The notes below the pieces were generated by a model, which was not told where the DNA came from, made no database searches, and worked only from the letters and a program-made list of their open reading frames with translations. A program made the translations under genes and the position numbers. A stretch of 64,000 nucleotides of DNA. Source: an uncultured Acidobacteriota bacterium (GTDB taxonomy: Bacteria > Acidobacteriota > Blastocatellia > RBC074). Positions 25,101 to 33,746 of the stretch are shown in pieces. The DNA lies in NCBI GenBank assembly GCA_963796275.1, contig CAWCKY010000006.1, forward strand, positions 1,376,001 through 1,440,000. Direction: 5' to 3'. Each line of letters begins with the position of its first letter. The stretch's first letter is position 1.

Positions 25101-25512
25101 TCGTACGGGCTTCCCGATGACTGTGACGACGTCGAATGACAACTCATTCCAGAATCCACGCGGCGGCCAAAAACCGGATCTGATTGGCGATCCGAAACCC
25201 GCCGATCAATCGATCGAGCGATGGGTTGATCGGAGTGTTTTCCGCCAGCCTGCTGATGGGACGTTTGGCAACTCGCCGGTTGGCGCGCTCCGCGCCCCCG
25301 GTTTCGCAAATTGGGATTTCGGGGTTGGGAAGAAGTTTTACGTGAAGGAGAACAATTATTTTGATTTCCGCGCGGAGTTTTTTAACTTCACCAACCATCC
25401 CAGCTTCGGGCCGCCGCCGACAAACTTCAACGATCCGAATACTTTCGGGATAATCACATACACCGTGAGCGCGCCTCGAATTCTTGAATTCGTGTTGAAA
25501 TATAATTTCTAA
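22165..25512 (+). CDS. Oar-like TonB-dependent receptor with carboxypeptidase-regulatory N-domain
   Basis: GTVTDPSGAAVP, LPLNGRNF, KSGTNEFHG, QDDFKV...LTLNLGVRWEY; terminal Phe. Confidence 0.9.
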   Translation: MKRTGKVLQACVLILGAVIALSGSCLAQTYTATLTGTVTDPSGAAVPNAKVIAVNQGTKLEYAAQSSDSGVYTIPFLPIGDYVMTAEAAGFRKLVSTSIKLEINQIARIDLKMVIGDLTQEVTISEVAPVLQTENVTVGQVITGNTTVNLPLNGRNFQQLTLLVPGAVSPNPAGFNNVSLQNGQGRPYVNGNREQGNAFLLDGISIDETIDNRIGYKPNVDAIAEFKVETSNSSSEFGNVTGATVNATLKSGTNEFHGNLFEFFRNDALDANIWENNRTGAAKQKLRQNVFGGTLGGPIIKNRIFFFTDYQGTVRRTGGGMSTNVAPGDWRNGNLSSLLTLRNAAGQPAPVFIRDPREEGSCNATDQTACFPGNIIPRDRIVNPAANALFSNLTNYPLPQRIDSQTLVGIYTDTISNRLDGHQFDVKLDARLTDRDNLSGRYSFGNFNEVGDRGRLPLIPTTKSFNRPQNIVLNWTRTITPTIVNEARVGFNRAVFISDALDWAGIGNANAGFGIPGGQVVPGLSLLAMGNGLTDVGGRVITEDNVANTFHYGDTLSISKGRHFMKLGAQLQRYQQNRFYPGNNGLLGGFTYNGTFTGSAFADFLLNQLQNKSIGSQSGTWGHRQNRIGVFFQDDFKVRNNLTLNLGVRWEYTSPVVEVADRQSNFELSSGRQLFAGQDGNSRALYDPYYKGFEPRIGFAWTPGGTDSRLVIRAGYGITQYMEGTGANLRLPLNPPIFSEADLSFDRISGPGTIGTGFTGVITRDKPAGLIRVWDPNLRPQFTQQWNLTVEYQLSNSLVVSGAYVGHNATHLVAPTDFNQPLPGPANVAPSRWPAFNSRRPLFRFSDLEDVTQISGTASWAISNYNAFQANVRQRYAKGFEFLASYTFSKTLTDNLGYYGGGVNATGARNVAGQSAYSYNQYAQRLYNYGPAFFDARHNFSFSGVYELPVGKGRTYGSAWQPWVNAVLGGWNISSILQLRTGFPMTVTTSNDNSFQNPRGGQKPDLIGDPKPADQSIERWVDRSVFRQPADGTFGNSPVGALRAPGFANWDFGVGKKFYVKENNYFDFRAEFFNFTNHPSFGPPPTNFNDPNTFGIITYTVSAPRILEFVLKYNF

Positions 25513-25686
25513 CGAGAGGAGAATTCATCACAAAAAACACAATGGGAGATCAGAAGGCACATATTTGTGTCTTCTGATCTATTGTGATTTTTTTGGTTAT
25601 TCTTCATCACCTATCCTCACATCAGCGGATAAAAGCTACAATCGCCGAAATAGCGATAAACCAACAAGAAAGGGCCGCTCAATGGC

Positions 25687-27153
25687 ATGACACATTTCAA
25701 TTGGTTGCTGGACGGAAGCATCGTCGGCGTCTACCTGCTGGTGACTATGACTGCCGGACTTATGATGCGAAAGTACGTTGGGAAGGTGGAACACTTCCTG
25801 GTAGCGGGGCGCGAGATGGATGTTTATCTAGGCATTGCCTCTCTCGCCGCAACTGAATTCGGTATCGTCACGTGTATGTACACCGCGCAGAACGGCTATG
25901 AGAAAGGCTTTGCCGGCGCGACGCCGGGTATACTTATGGCGCTGGCGATGCTCATAGTGGGAGTCACCGGATTTTGCATCAAGCCTCTGCGGGATTCCGG
26001 GGTGATCACAATTCCCGAACTGATCAACAAGAAATTTGGCCCGCGCATCCGTTGGGCCGCCGGCGTCGTCATCGTCCTGGGCGGCCTGCTCAATATGGGC
26101 GTCTTCCTGCGTACGGGAGGCCAATTCCTCGTGCTGGTGGCCGGTCTGGACGTGAAGTATCTGGAGATAATGATGACCGCGCTTCTCGTAGGTGTTGCCG
26201 TCTACACGATCCTGGGCGGGATGCTTTCGGTTCTGATTACGGATTTTTTGCAGTTCGTCGTGATGAGCATTGGATTGCTCGTGGTGACGGTAATGATTCT
26301 CGTCAATGTCGGCTGGGAGAAACTGATCAGTACGGTCGAGACGCACTATGGCGATGGCGGTTTCAATCCTTTTATCAATCCGACAATGGGTTGGGAGTAT
26401 GTCTTGTTCAATGCCTTGCTCAATACGGCCGCAGTGTTGACCTGGCAGACGACGATTGCGCGCGTGCTGGCGTCTAAAGACACGCAAACTGGGCGCAAGA
26501 TATACACGGGCACTAGTTTCTTCTTCGTATGCCGGTTTTTGATCCCTGGCATCTGGGGCATCGCCGCCCTCGCGACACTGGGGCCCGTCACGGATTCCCT
26601 AGAGGCCATGCCCCGTTATCTCGGTTTGGCGGTGCCAGCCGGGCTAATGGGTATATTGATCGCCGCCATGTTGGCTGCCGATATGTCGACCGATTCATCT
26701 TATATGCTGACCTGGGGCAGTGTGATCTATAACGATATTATGGCTCCATTCCGCCGGTCGCGGTGGACGGAGAAGCGGGGGTTGTTATGGAACCGCGCCA
26801 TCATCGCCCTGATAGGGATATTTCTGCTGATCTATGGTTTATGGTATCCGCTGAAAGGAGACCTCTGGACATACCTTGGTGTGACCGGCACGATCTACCT
26901 GGCGAGCATCTCCGTCTTGCTGATCGCCTGTTGTTACTGGAGGCGCGCCAATAGCTGGGGCGCCGCCGCATCGATCGTCGTCAGTGCGGTCATTCCCGTG
27001 ACCTACCTGGTGCTCGAGCAGCTCGACTCGACCGCTCAACTGGCGAAGGATATCGGCCCATATTATTCGGGTATTGCAGCCTATATCTTCTCCGGCTTGG
27101 CGATGGTCATCGGTTCGCTCCTGAAGCCTGGGGCGAGAGAGGCGGAGTTATGA
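25687..27153 (+). CDS. Sodium:solute symporter family protein
   Basis: Multiple TMs; FLVAGR, YTILGGM..V..TD..QF and AMLAADMST motifs. Confidence 0.9.
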   Translation: MTHFNWLLDGSIVGVYLLVTMTAGLMMRKYVGKVEHFLVAGREMDVYLGIASLAATEFGIVTCMYTAQNGYEKGFAGATPGILMALAMLIVGVTGFCIKPLRDSGVITIPELINKKFGPRIRWAAGVVIVLGGLLNMGVFLRTGGQFLVLVAGLDVKYLEIMMTALLVGVAVYTILGGMLSVLITDFLQFVVMSIGLLVVTVMILVNVGWEKLISTVETHYGDGGFNPFINPTMGWEYVLFNALLNTAAVLTWQTTIARVLASKDTQTGRKIYTGTSFFFVCRFLIPGIWGIAALATLGPVTDSLEAMPRYLGLAVPAGLMGILIAAMLAADMSTDSSYMLTWGSVIYNDIMAPFRRSRWTEKRGLLWNRAIIALIGIFLLIYGLWYPLKGDLWTYLGVTGTIYLASISVLLIACCYWRRANSWGAAASIVVSAVIPVTYLVLEQLDSTAQLAKDIGPYYSGIAAYIFSGLAMVIGSLLKPGAREAEL

Positions 27154-27320
27154 GTCATTGGTTCTGGTTTTCGCTCACATTCGCGTGCATCGTCTGGTAC
27201 TCAACGATCACGGTCTTTGTCGCCTTCAAGGGAAGCGGCGATATCAAACAGATGCTCGCCCGATTGTCCGAACAGCGCGAGAGTCGGGGGAAAGACGAAA
27301 CAAACGATGATTCTGGATGA
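27150..27320 (+). CDS. Small single-TM protein (56 aa) coupled to the symporter
   Basis: ATGA overlap with the SSS stop; MSHWFWFSLTFACIVWYSTITVFVAFKGSGDIKQMLARLSEQ...; below the ORF-track cutoff. Confidence 0.7.
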   Translation: MSHWFWFSLTFACIVWYSTITVFVAFKGSGDIKQMLARLSEQRESRGKDETNDDSG

Positions 27321-27354
27321 TCCGAGGGGATTTCGCTTACCGAGATTTCATTAA

Positions 27355-28792
27355 CTGTAGTTTCCGGTTTTTCGGTTCGATAGATCATTGAAAACACGAA
27401 GCGAAACGCAATTTCTACGTAGTAGAGGTTTCATTCAAAGTGCGAGAAATGCGCGGGCGACAATGATCAATCAGACGTCGGCGCAGTTGGCCGACGGTCT
27501 CCTCGCGTTTGTACCAAGACCAATTGAGCCTTGGCAGATCAAGTTTGATTAACCCCGTGGCCGCCAGTTTGAGCAGCGCCTGAGCTAGACAAACCAGGAC
27601 GGCCCAGCGTCGGACGCCTGAACCTGAACGGCCCTGGTAATGGCCCAAGCCAAGTTCTTTGGCCTCGTCGAAGTTGGCTTCGACCTGGGTGCGACCGGCA
27701 TAGGCATCGACAGCCGCCCTGGCGTCAAGTTCAAGATCAGTTGTCAGTAAGTACCAGGGTTTGAGTTTCTTCAACTCTGGCACGATGACGACTATCACGC
27801 GTGCCTTCAAGGCGCGCCCTTTATGTACGCCGCGCAAGAGAACTTCGGCGTCATAGATTTCGACCTTTCGCTCTTTGCCTCGGACAGATAACTTGCCGCG
27901 GTGTTTGAGCAATCGATCGGGGAATCTCTTGAGCAACTGGTCAACGCGACATTTCTGCCCATAAGTTTTCTTGCGCCCCTTCTTCGGTTGGCGGCGCGGG
28001 GCGAAGTAAACCACCTGATTGGCTCGCACGCGTCCGAGCGCGAATTGAGAGAGGGCTTCTAGCGCACGTAAAAGTGGGCGTGAAATAATCCCTCGATCAA
28101 CGATCCACACGTGGCGAATGCCTTCTGGCAACCGGAGTTGCGCTGTCAGGATGCCGGCCAGCGCCGGGATGCTCCGGCCTTTGACGTAAAGCAACGCGCC
28201 GCACAGCACGCTCGCCCAACGCATTTTCCCGCGTGCATCGAGATGCAGATAGAGATGCGCGGCGCAAACATAACAGTGCCCTTTGAGATGCCGGGCGCGT
28301 CCGGCCACGCGCTTGGAACGATGGAACCAGCCAAGCGATGCGATCTTTTCGGCATAGGGCTTTTCCGTTTGCGTGCTGTCAGCGATCCAAAACAGGCGCT
28401 CGGGCAACACTCCGCCGTAGCACAATCGCAAGACCAGTTCGGTCAGCTTCGCCATCAACTTCTGTGGCGAGACTCGATGCGTGGTGAAGAAGTCCGAGAT
28501 GCGCGCTGGTTGATATTCGGCCGGGGCAAAGACGCTGGAGCGCACCGTCCCGTGTTTGGTTTCACCGACCAGCAACCCGGTGATCAGCAGGATAAAAGTT
28601 TCAAAGACCTCGACCCGCATCAGCGGGTGAAAGTTAGCGAGCAATTGGGTGATCTCTGATGGTAGGATATTCACGGTTGTTCGTTTCTGTTTTAAGGTTT
28701 AGTCACCAAAAACATCGAACAACTTTGCGAGGAGCGCAACTGCTCCTCGCATTTCCTACCATTATTCAGAGATCAAAAACCGGAAACTACAG
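27355..28792 (-). mobile_element. Insertion sequence (IS4/IS701-like DDE), 1438 bp
   Basis: Perfect 18-bp TIR CTGTAGTTTCCGGTTTTT (27355-27372, 28775-28792); 8-bp TSD TTCATTAA (27347-27354, 28793-28800). Confidence 0.9.
27415..28674 (-). CDS. DDE transposase
   Basis: WIADST, WIVDRG and YAGRTQVEANFDEAK (YxxRxxxE) motifs. Confidence 0.9.
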   Translation of the reverse strand: MNILPSEITQLLANFHPLMRVEVFETFILLITGLLVGETKHGTVRSSVFAPAEYQPARISDFFTTHRVSPQKLMAKLTELVLRLCYGGVLPERLFWIADSTQTEKPYAEKIASLGWFHRSKRVAGRARHLKGHCYVCAAHLYLHLDARGKMRWASVLCGALLYVKGRSIPALAGILTAQLRLPEGIRHVWIVDRGIISRPLLRALEALSQFALGRVRANQVVYFAPRRQPKKGRKKTYGQKCRVDQLLKRFPDRLLKHRGKLSVRGKERKVEIYDAEVLLRGVHKGRALKARVIVVIVPELKKLKPWYLLTTDLELDARAAVDAYAGRTQVEANFDEAKELGLGHYQGRSGSGVRRWAVLVCLAQALLKLAATGLIKLDLPRLNWSWYKREETVGQLRRRLIDHCRPRISRTLNETSTT

Positions 28793-28816
28793 TTCATTAA
28801 ATACCTCCTCAGAATA

Positions 28817-28881
28817 CAGTTTTAGTTTTTAGTTGCTGATCGAGACAGCTCAGCTAAAAACTAAAACTAAAACTAAAACTG
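28817..28881. repeat. (AAAACT)n hairpin repeat, interrupted by the REPIN; continues at 30614-30633
   Basis: cagttttagtttttagttg..ctaaaaactaaaactaaaactaaaactg; same family as 13911. Confidence 0.65.
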
Positions 28882-29047
28882 AATTAACTGCTCAGCCTCT
28901 TCGCCGCGTTAGCGGCGGTTGATTGTAGCCGTGGGTTTTAACCCACGGTGGTGGTAGATTTTTTCACGTCGCGTCAGCGACGGTTGAATTCAGGCGTCGC
29001 TAACGCGACGCGGGAATATCCTTCAAGCTTCCGTGGGTTAAAACCCA

Positions 29048-30438
29048 CTGGTATCTACACAAGTTTTTGCGTTTGGTTGCAAAGAGTTATCGCAATCAAA
29101 CCTACCGAAGAATATGCTCTTTGAATGTTTCTCCTCAAACCTCCATTTGACCCCCGTTTGCAAAGACGGTATGAGAGGCTGGTGAATGAACATCTCCATA
29201 CAAGCGAGAATCAAGCTGCTGGATCGCGTGCGCTGCCGAGCGTTAATGAAGCGTTTGCCAGCACGCAAGCGGCCTGGCGATTTTATGCCAACCCCAATGT
29301 GAAGCTGACGGGGCTGGTCGAACCGTTGGTAGAACAAGCTCGGCGGGAGATGCCGCTTGTCTGTCGACGGTATGGACTGGCGATCCACGACTGGTCTGAT
29401 CTGCGCTACGGAACGCACACGAGCAAGAAGGATCGGAAAAAAATCGGCAGCGACTTGGGCTACAAACTGGCGACCACGTTGCTGCTGAGCGACCAGAGCG
29501 GGGCGCCGATAGCGCCGATCAGCCTTGGGCTGTGGGCCAATGATGGATGGCACACAACGCTTGATGAAGAGAGGCACAGAGATTGGTCGCCCCTGGGATT
29601 GGTGAGCCAGACAATGCGGGCTTCGCAGAAGCAAAAACTGTCGTTGCCGCTGGTCCACATCATTGATCGGGAAGGCGACTCGATCTTTCACTATCGTCAA
29701 TGGAATAGTGAAGGCCATCTGTTTGAAGTACGTGCCAACGGGGAACAGAGAGTTGTTTGGCAGGAGCGGACACAACCGTTGAGCCAGGTCGCAGCACAGG
29801 TCGCCTTGCGCGCTAGCCAAGCGGTAGAGATTTCGGCCAATCTCATTGGGCAACTGTTTGTGGGCGAAACCAGCGTCGTCATTGATCGTCCGGCCTTTCC
29901 CCGCGCGCGCGACGGGGGCAAGCGTCAATGGATCAAAGGTGAGCCGCTCGAACTGCGCTTGATTGTCTGTCAACTGCGCTTGCCCGATGAAACGATTGCG
30001 GCTGAATGGTACTTGCTCAGTAACGTGCCGGCTGGCATCAGCGCTGAGCAACTGGCCGAATGGTACTACTGGCGCTGGAGAATTGAATCTTACTTCAAGT
30101 TGCTTAAAAGCCATGGTTTCCAAGTCGACCAGTGGCAGCAGGAAACTGCTGAGGCGATTGCCAAACGTTTGTTGGTGGTGGCCATGGCTTGTGTCGTAGT
30201 CTGGCACATCCAACGCGCAACGGATCCGCAGACGGTCACCCTGCGCGATCTCTTGGTGCGATTGAGCGGTCGACAAGTTCGGCGTGGGCAACCCACTGCA
30301 CCAGCATTGTTGGCTGGGTTTTGGAGTTTCTTGTCGACACTTGAATTGCTCGAACATTATGACCTCAATGACCTTAAACAGATGGCCCGGCTCATTGTGC
30401 CAGGCTATTCCTAACCGTCGGAAATGTGTAGATACCAG
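29048..30438 (+). mobile_element. IS4-family (IS50-like) insertion sequence, 1391 bp
   Basis: 14-bp TIR CTGGTATCTACACA at both ends; the left end continues AGT, like the IS50 outside end. Confidence 0.9.
29125..30414 (+). CDS. IS4-family transposase
   Basis: IHDWS, IIDREGD and YYWRWRIESYFKLLKS (YREK) motifs. Confidence 0.95.
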   Translation: MFLLKPPFDPRLQRRYERLVNEHLHTSENQAAGSRALPSVNEAFASTQAAWRFYANPNVKLTGLVEPLVEQARREMPLVCRRYGLAIHDWSDLRYGTHTSKKDRKKIGSDLGYKLATTLLLSDQSGAPIAPISLGLWANDGWHTTLDEERHRDWSPLGLVSQTMRASQKQKLSLPLVHIIDREGDSIFHYRQWNSEGHLFEVRANGEQRVVWQERTQPLSQVAAQVALRASQAVEISANLIGQLFVGETSVVIDRPAFPRARDGGKRQWIKGEPLELRLIVCQLRLPDETIAAEWYLLSNVPAGISAEQLAEWYYWRWRIESYFKLLKSHGFQVDQWQQETAEAIAKRLLVVAMACVVVWHIQRATDPQTVTLRDLLVRLSGRQVRRGQPTAPALLAGFWSFLSTLELLEHYDLNDLKQMARLIVPGYS

Positions 30439-30708
30439 TGGGTTTTAACCCACGGTGGTGGTAGATTTTTTCACGTCGCGTCAGCGACGGTTGAATTCAG
30501 GCGTCGCTAACGCGACGCGGGAATATCCTTCAAGCTTCCGTGGGTTAAAACCAGGTTAAAACCCACGGCTACAATCAACCGCCGCTAACGCGGCGAAGAG
30601 GCTGAGCAGTCACAAACTAAAAACTAAAAACTGTCTAAGCCCCGGGCCAGGCGAATCGACGCCTCTGGCTTTTCAGGTCGTCGCATTGGGACTTTCCTGT
30701 TGCCGGTC

Positions 30709-31668
30709 TCAAATTATCTGATCGAGCAGGTTTTCATCGGAAACAAACCTGCGCAGATTGGTGAGGAAGTGGCGCACCAGCCGCTCCTTTTCGCCGATAT
30801 GCCCGCCGGCCGTGTGGGGCGTGATGAAACAGTTGGGAGCGGTCCAGAGCGGATGTTCCGGCGGCAACGGTTCAGGATCGGTGACATCGAGATAAGCCGC
30901 CGACAGGCGTCCTGAATTCAAAGCCGCCGAAAGCGCTTCCTGATCGACTGTCGCACCACGGCCGATGTTGTAAAAGATCGCGTCTCTTTTCATCGCCGAA
31001 AATCGCGCGGAATTGACGTAATTTCGTGTGCTGGCATTTGCCGGCAGGATGTCGATGACGTGATCCGCCAGAGGCAGATGTTTTTCCAGTTCGGACTCCA
31101 GAATTACTGGGATCGGCTCATCGCCCGCCTTATGTCGCCTGACCGCGATCATATTCATCCGCAGCGGGGTGAGCAGTTCAACCAGGCGCCGCCCGATCGC
31201 GCCGAATCCAAGGAACAATGCGGTCTGGCCGGTGAGCAGAAAAGAGGAGGCGCGTAATTCCATCATAGGCCAGGATCGCTCGCGCAGCTGATTTTCGGTG
31301 GCGTGCGGCAGACGCCGTGCGAGGCTCAGCATCATCGCCAGAACATGCTCGGCGCACGGCTCATCGAAAACGCCCGAGCTGTTGCTGAGTCGTGCGCCGC
31401 GCTTACGTAAATCTTCATATGTCGATTTCGTGTCGAATTTTTCATAGCCGGCGCTGTCCAGGTGAACCCAGCGCAGCGTCGATGATCGCCGTACCACTTC
31501 TGCATTGGGTTGGCCGAACGCGATATCGGCAGTCTCCAGTGATGTCTCGGCTCGATCCATTTCTGTTGAAAGAATCAATTTATGACCGCTTGTTCCCTCG
31601 CGCAGCAGGCTCAGTACAGATTCATCGGACTTAAAGTTGCTCCAAATCTTCAAAGAAGAGTTATTCAT
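30709..31668 (-). CDS. D-2-hydroxyacid dehydrogenase family protein
   Basis: GFGAIG, NIGRG, LDVTDPEPLP and TPHTAG motifs. Confidence 0.9.
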   Translation of the reverse strand: MNNSSLKIWSNFKSDESVLSLLREGTSGHKLILSTEMDRAETSLETADIAFGQPNAEVVRRSSTLRWVHLDSAGYEKFDTKSTYEDLRKRGARLSNSSGVFDEPCAEHVLAMMLSLARRLPHATENQLRERSWPMMELRASSFLLTGQTALFLGFGAIGRRLVELLTPLRMNMIAVRRHKAGDEPIPVILESELEKHLPLADHVIDILPANASTRNYVNSARFSAMKRDAIFYNIGRGATVDQEALSAALNSGRLSAAYLDVTDPEPLPPEHPLWTAPNCFITPHTAGGHIGEKERLVRHFLTNLRRFVSDENLLDQII

Positions 31669-32037
31669 ACCTCAGCAATATACTTATTCATCCGAAAAAT
31701 GCCAGGTTGAATCATTCATCAGCGAAACCGCCCTAAATCTCTTTTCTGTCATCAATTGCACAGTTTATAATCAATCAACCTGCGCTAAACCGAATACCAG
31801 CTAAGGCGCTCTCTGCACGAGAAACTCCCTCCCCAACGCTCCGGCGATGATTCGCTGGGCCACTACTTGCATCACATTGTCTGGGAGTCATTTATGTCTT
31901 CAATTGAAGACGAACGGAAATGATGAAAATCGCCCGCATGCGTATTACTTCCAGCGCGCATTGAATCACGGGCTGCTAGGGCAATACACCGCGCCGAGAT
32001 TGTATGTACAGACGATTTTCAGAGGAGGGAAATAGTT

Positions 32038-33027
32038 ATGGAGTTCAATATTCAAATCATTCCTTATTTACTCGTTTCAACACTCATCGGATTCTTGATA
32101 GGGCTTATGGGGGCACGCCGCCGCGTCTCAAAACATCGAATTCGAGATAGAGAGAGACTCGAAAACAAGATACGCGGTTATGAACGCGACCTCGACAAGA
32201 CCCGTGGTGAGATGCGAGTTCAGCGCGATGAAACCAATATGATCAGGAGCGAATTGACCACTACCAAAGGTAAACTCAAGACTCGCGATGCGGAACTCAG
32301 CGTATTGCAGGCGAAGTTCAAGGCATTCGAGACCCTCGAGACAGAGATGGCAGCGAAAAAGTCTGAATTGAATTCGGTGAAGGCAGAGATGGATTCGCTT
32401 CGGTCTCGACTCGTTCACGCAGAAGCCAGGCTGAAGAAACCTCCGGAGCCAGATCCCCGACTGGTAGCGGAGCTTCAAACCGCCAGGCAGAGCTTGAGCG
32501 GTAAAGAGACTGAGATCGCAACGCTGCTGGGCCGCGTTAAAGAGCTTGCCCCCTTAAGCATACAGATCAAAGACCGCGATCTGCGCTTGCGTGAGTCGGA
32601 AACCAAACATGCGCAGGAGATAAAAGACAAAGTTGAAGAAATCGGAAAATTGAGATCGAGTATACGTGACCTGGAAACTGATAACAGGCGCGCCCATTCG
32701 AATACGGCTTCATTCGAAACGAAGCTGGGTGAGCTCGAATCGGGGCATCGGGCTGCCCTCGCAAGCAAAAACGATGAACTTGCCGGCGCACAGGTGAGGA
32801 TCGCGGAACTGGAAACTAAATTGTCGTCACTGGAGTGGCATCAGGCTGCCCTCGCGAGCAAAAACGATGAACTTGCCGGCGCACAGGTGAGGATCGCGGA
32901 ACTGGAATCTAAATTGTCGTCGCTGGAGAGGGATCAGGCTGAAAGTGAAGAGAAATTGCTTGAGATTGACACTCCTTTGCAACAAGTCGCCGTTGAAAAG
33001 GATGCGGAGGTGGATCTGCTCAGATAG
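32038..33027 (+). CDS. Membrane-anchored coiled-coil protein
   Basis: N-terminal TM, long heptad region, internal 31-aa duplication; GGAGG RBS. Confidence 0.7.
   Translation: MEFNIQIIPYLLVSTLIGFLIGLMGARRRVSKHRIRDRERLENKIRGYERDLDKTRGEMRVQRDETNMIRSELTTTKGKLKTRDAELSVLQAKFKAFETLETEMAAKKSELNSVKAEMDSLRSRLVHAEARLKKPPEPDPRLVAELQTARQSLSGKETEIATLLGRVKELAPLSIQIKDRDLRLRESETKHAQEIKDKVEEIGKLRSSIRDLETDNRRAHSNTASFETKLGELESGHRAALASKNDELAGAQVRIAELETKLSSLEWHQAALASKNDELAGAQVRIAELESKLSSLERDQAESEEKLLEIDTPLQQVAVEKDAEVDLLR
32744..32928 (+). repeat. 93-bp tandem duplication within the CDS
   Basis: ggctgccctcgc.agcaaaaacgatgaacttgcc... at 32751 and 32844. Confidence 0.9.
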
Positions 33028-33682
33028 GAATGACGAATGATGGATCATCGAGCTTAGGGCTATTGACTGCGGTTGAGACCGGGTAATACTCCATCTCGCC
33101 CGCCGGATAAGGCTTTAACAGATGAACGAGACCCGTCGCTGAGATATTTGGGTCTAACCAAACGGTTTCATCTTCTGGTTTGAGGATTGCAGGCATCCGA
33201 TTGTGAATACTCGATAGTATTTCGTTAGGTTCAACCGTGATGATGGTGAAAGTTCGCAATTTTTCTCCATCCGGCGATCTCCACTCCTCCCATAAACCGG
33301 CGAACGCGAACAATTCGCTATTGCGCAATTTAATATAGATCGGCTGTTTTTGATCCTTTTCGTTCTTTTGCCATTCGTAAAACCCGTCTGCCGGAATCAG
33401 ACAGCGCCGTTTGGCGAATGCTGTTTTGAATGACGATTTCTCCGCCAGCGTTTCGCCCTTGGCGTTGATCATTTTATTACCGATTTTGGGGTCTTTCGAC
33501 CAGTACGGTATAAGACCCCACTTGCACGCGATCATTTCGCGCCCGTCGACGCGGCGTATGACGGGGACGATTTGCGATGGGGCTATGTTATATCGCGGCA
33601 CCGCCGCTTCTTCGATCGTTTCGACATCGAATCGCTCGGCTATCTCTTCCGGTTTGTGATGACGTGTAAATCTTCCGCACAT
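33020..33682 (-). CDS. SOS response-associated peptidase (SRAP/YedK/HMCES)
   Basis: N-terminal MCGRF; RYNIAPSQ, GFYEW and IHNRMP motifs. Confidence 0.95.
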   Translation of the reverse strand: MCGRFTRHHKPEEIAERFDVETIEEAAVPRYNIAPSQIVPVIRRVDGREMIACKWGLIPYWSKDPKIGNKMINAKGETLAEKSSFKTAFAKRRCLIPADGFYEWQKNEKDQKQPIYIKLRNSELFAFAGLWEEWRSPDGEKLRTFTIITVEPNEILSSIHNRMPAILKPEDETVWLDPNISATGLVHLLKPYPAGEMEYYPVSTAVNSPKLDDPSFVIPI

Positions 33683-33746
33683 AATCGTGAGGCGGTAGTC
33701 CGCGGGAGAGAGCTTCTCCGGCGATCGCGGACTGGAATCCCAAGCT

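Larger units (their letters stand above)
28887..30610. mobile_element. REPIN/MITE-like palindromic element with ~60-bp inverted arms, interrupted by an IS
   Basis: actgctcagcctcttcgccgcgttagcggcggttgattgtagccgtgggttttaacccacgg at left and its reverse complement ending at 30610; GTAG + hairpin motif. Confidence 0.8.

Noticed and set aside
29038-30357. 439-aa antisense ORF across IS4, and other long antisense ORFs (14263, 19437, 44817, 57676)
   Set aside because: They are shadow ORFs opposite well-supported genes and have no recognisable motifs.
28887-30610. CRISPR array or 31-bp IS terminal repeats
   Set aside because: There are no unique spacers or cas genes. The outer 17 bp of the apparent TIR belong to the REP target motif, which also occurs away from the IS.
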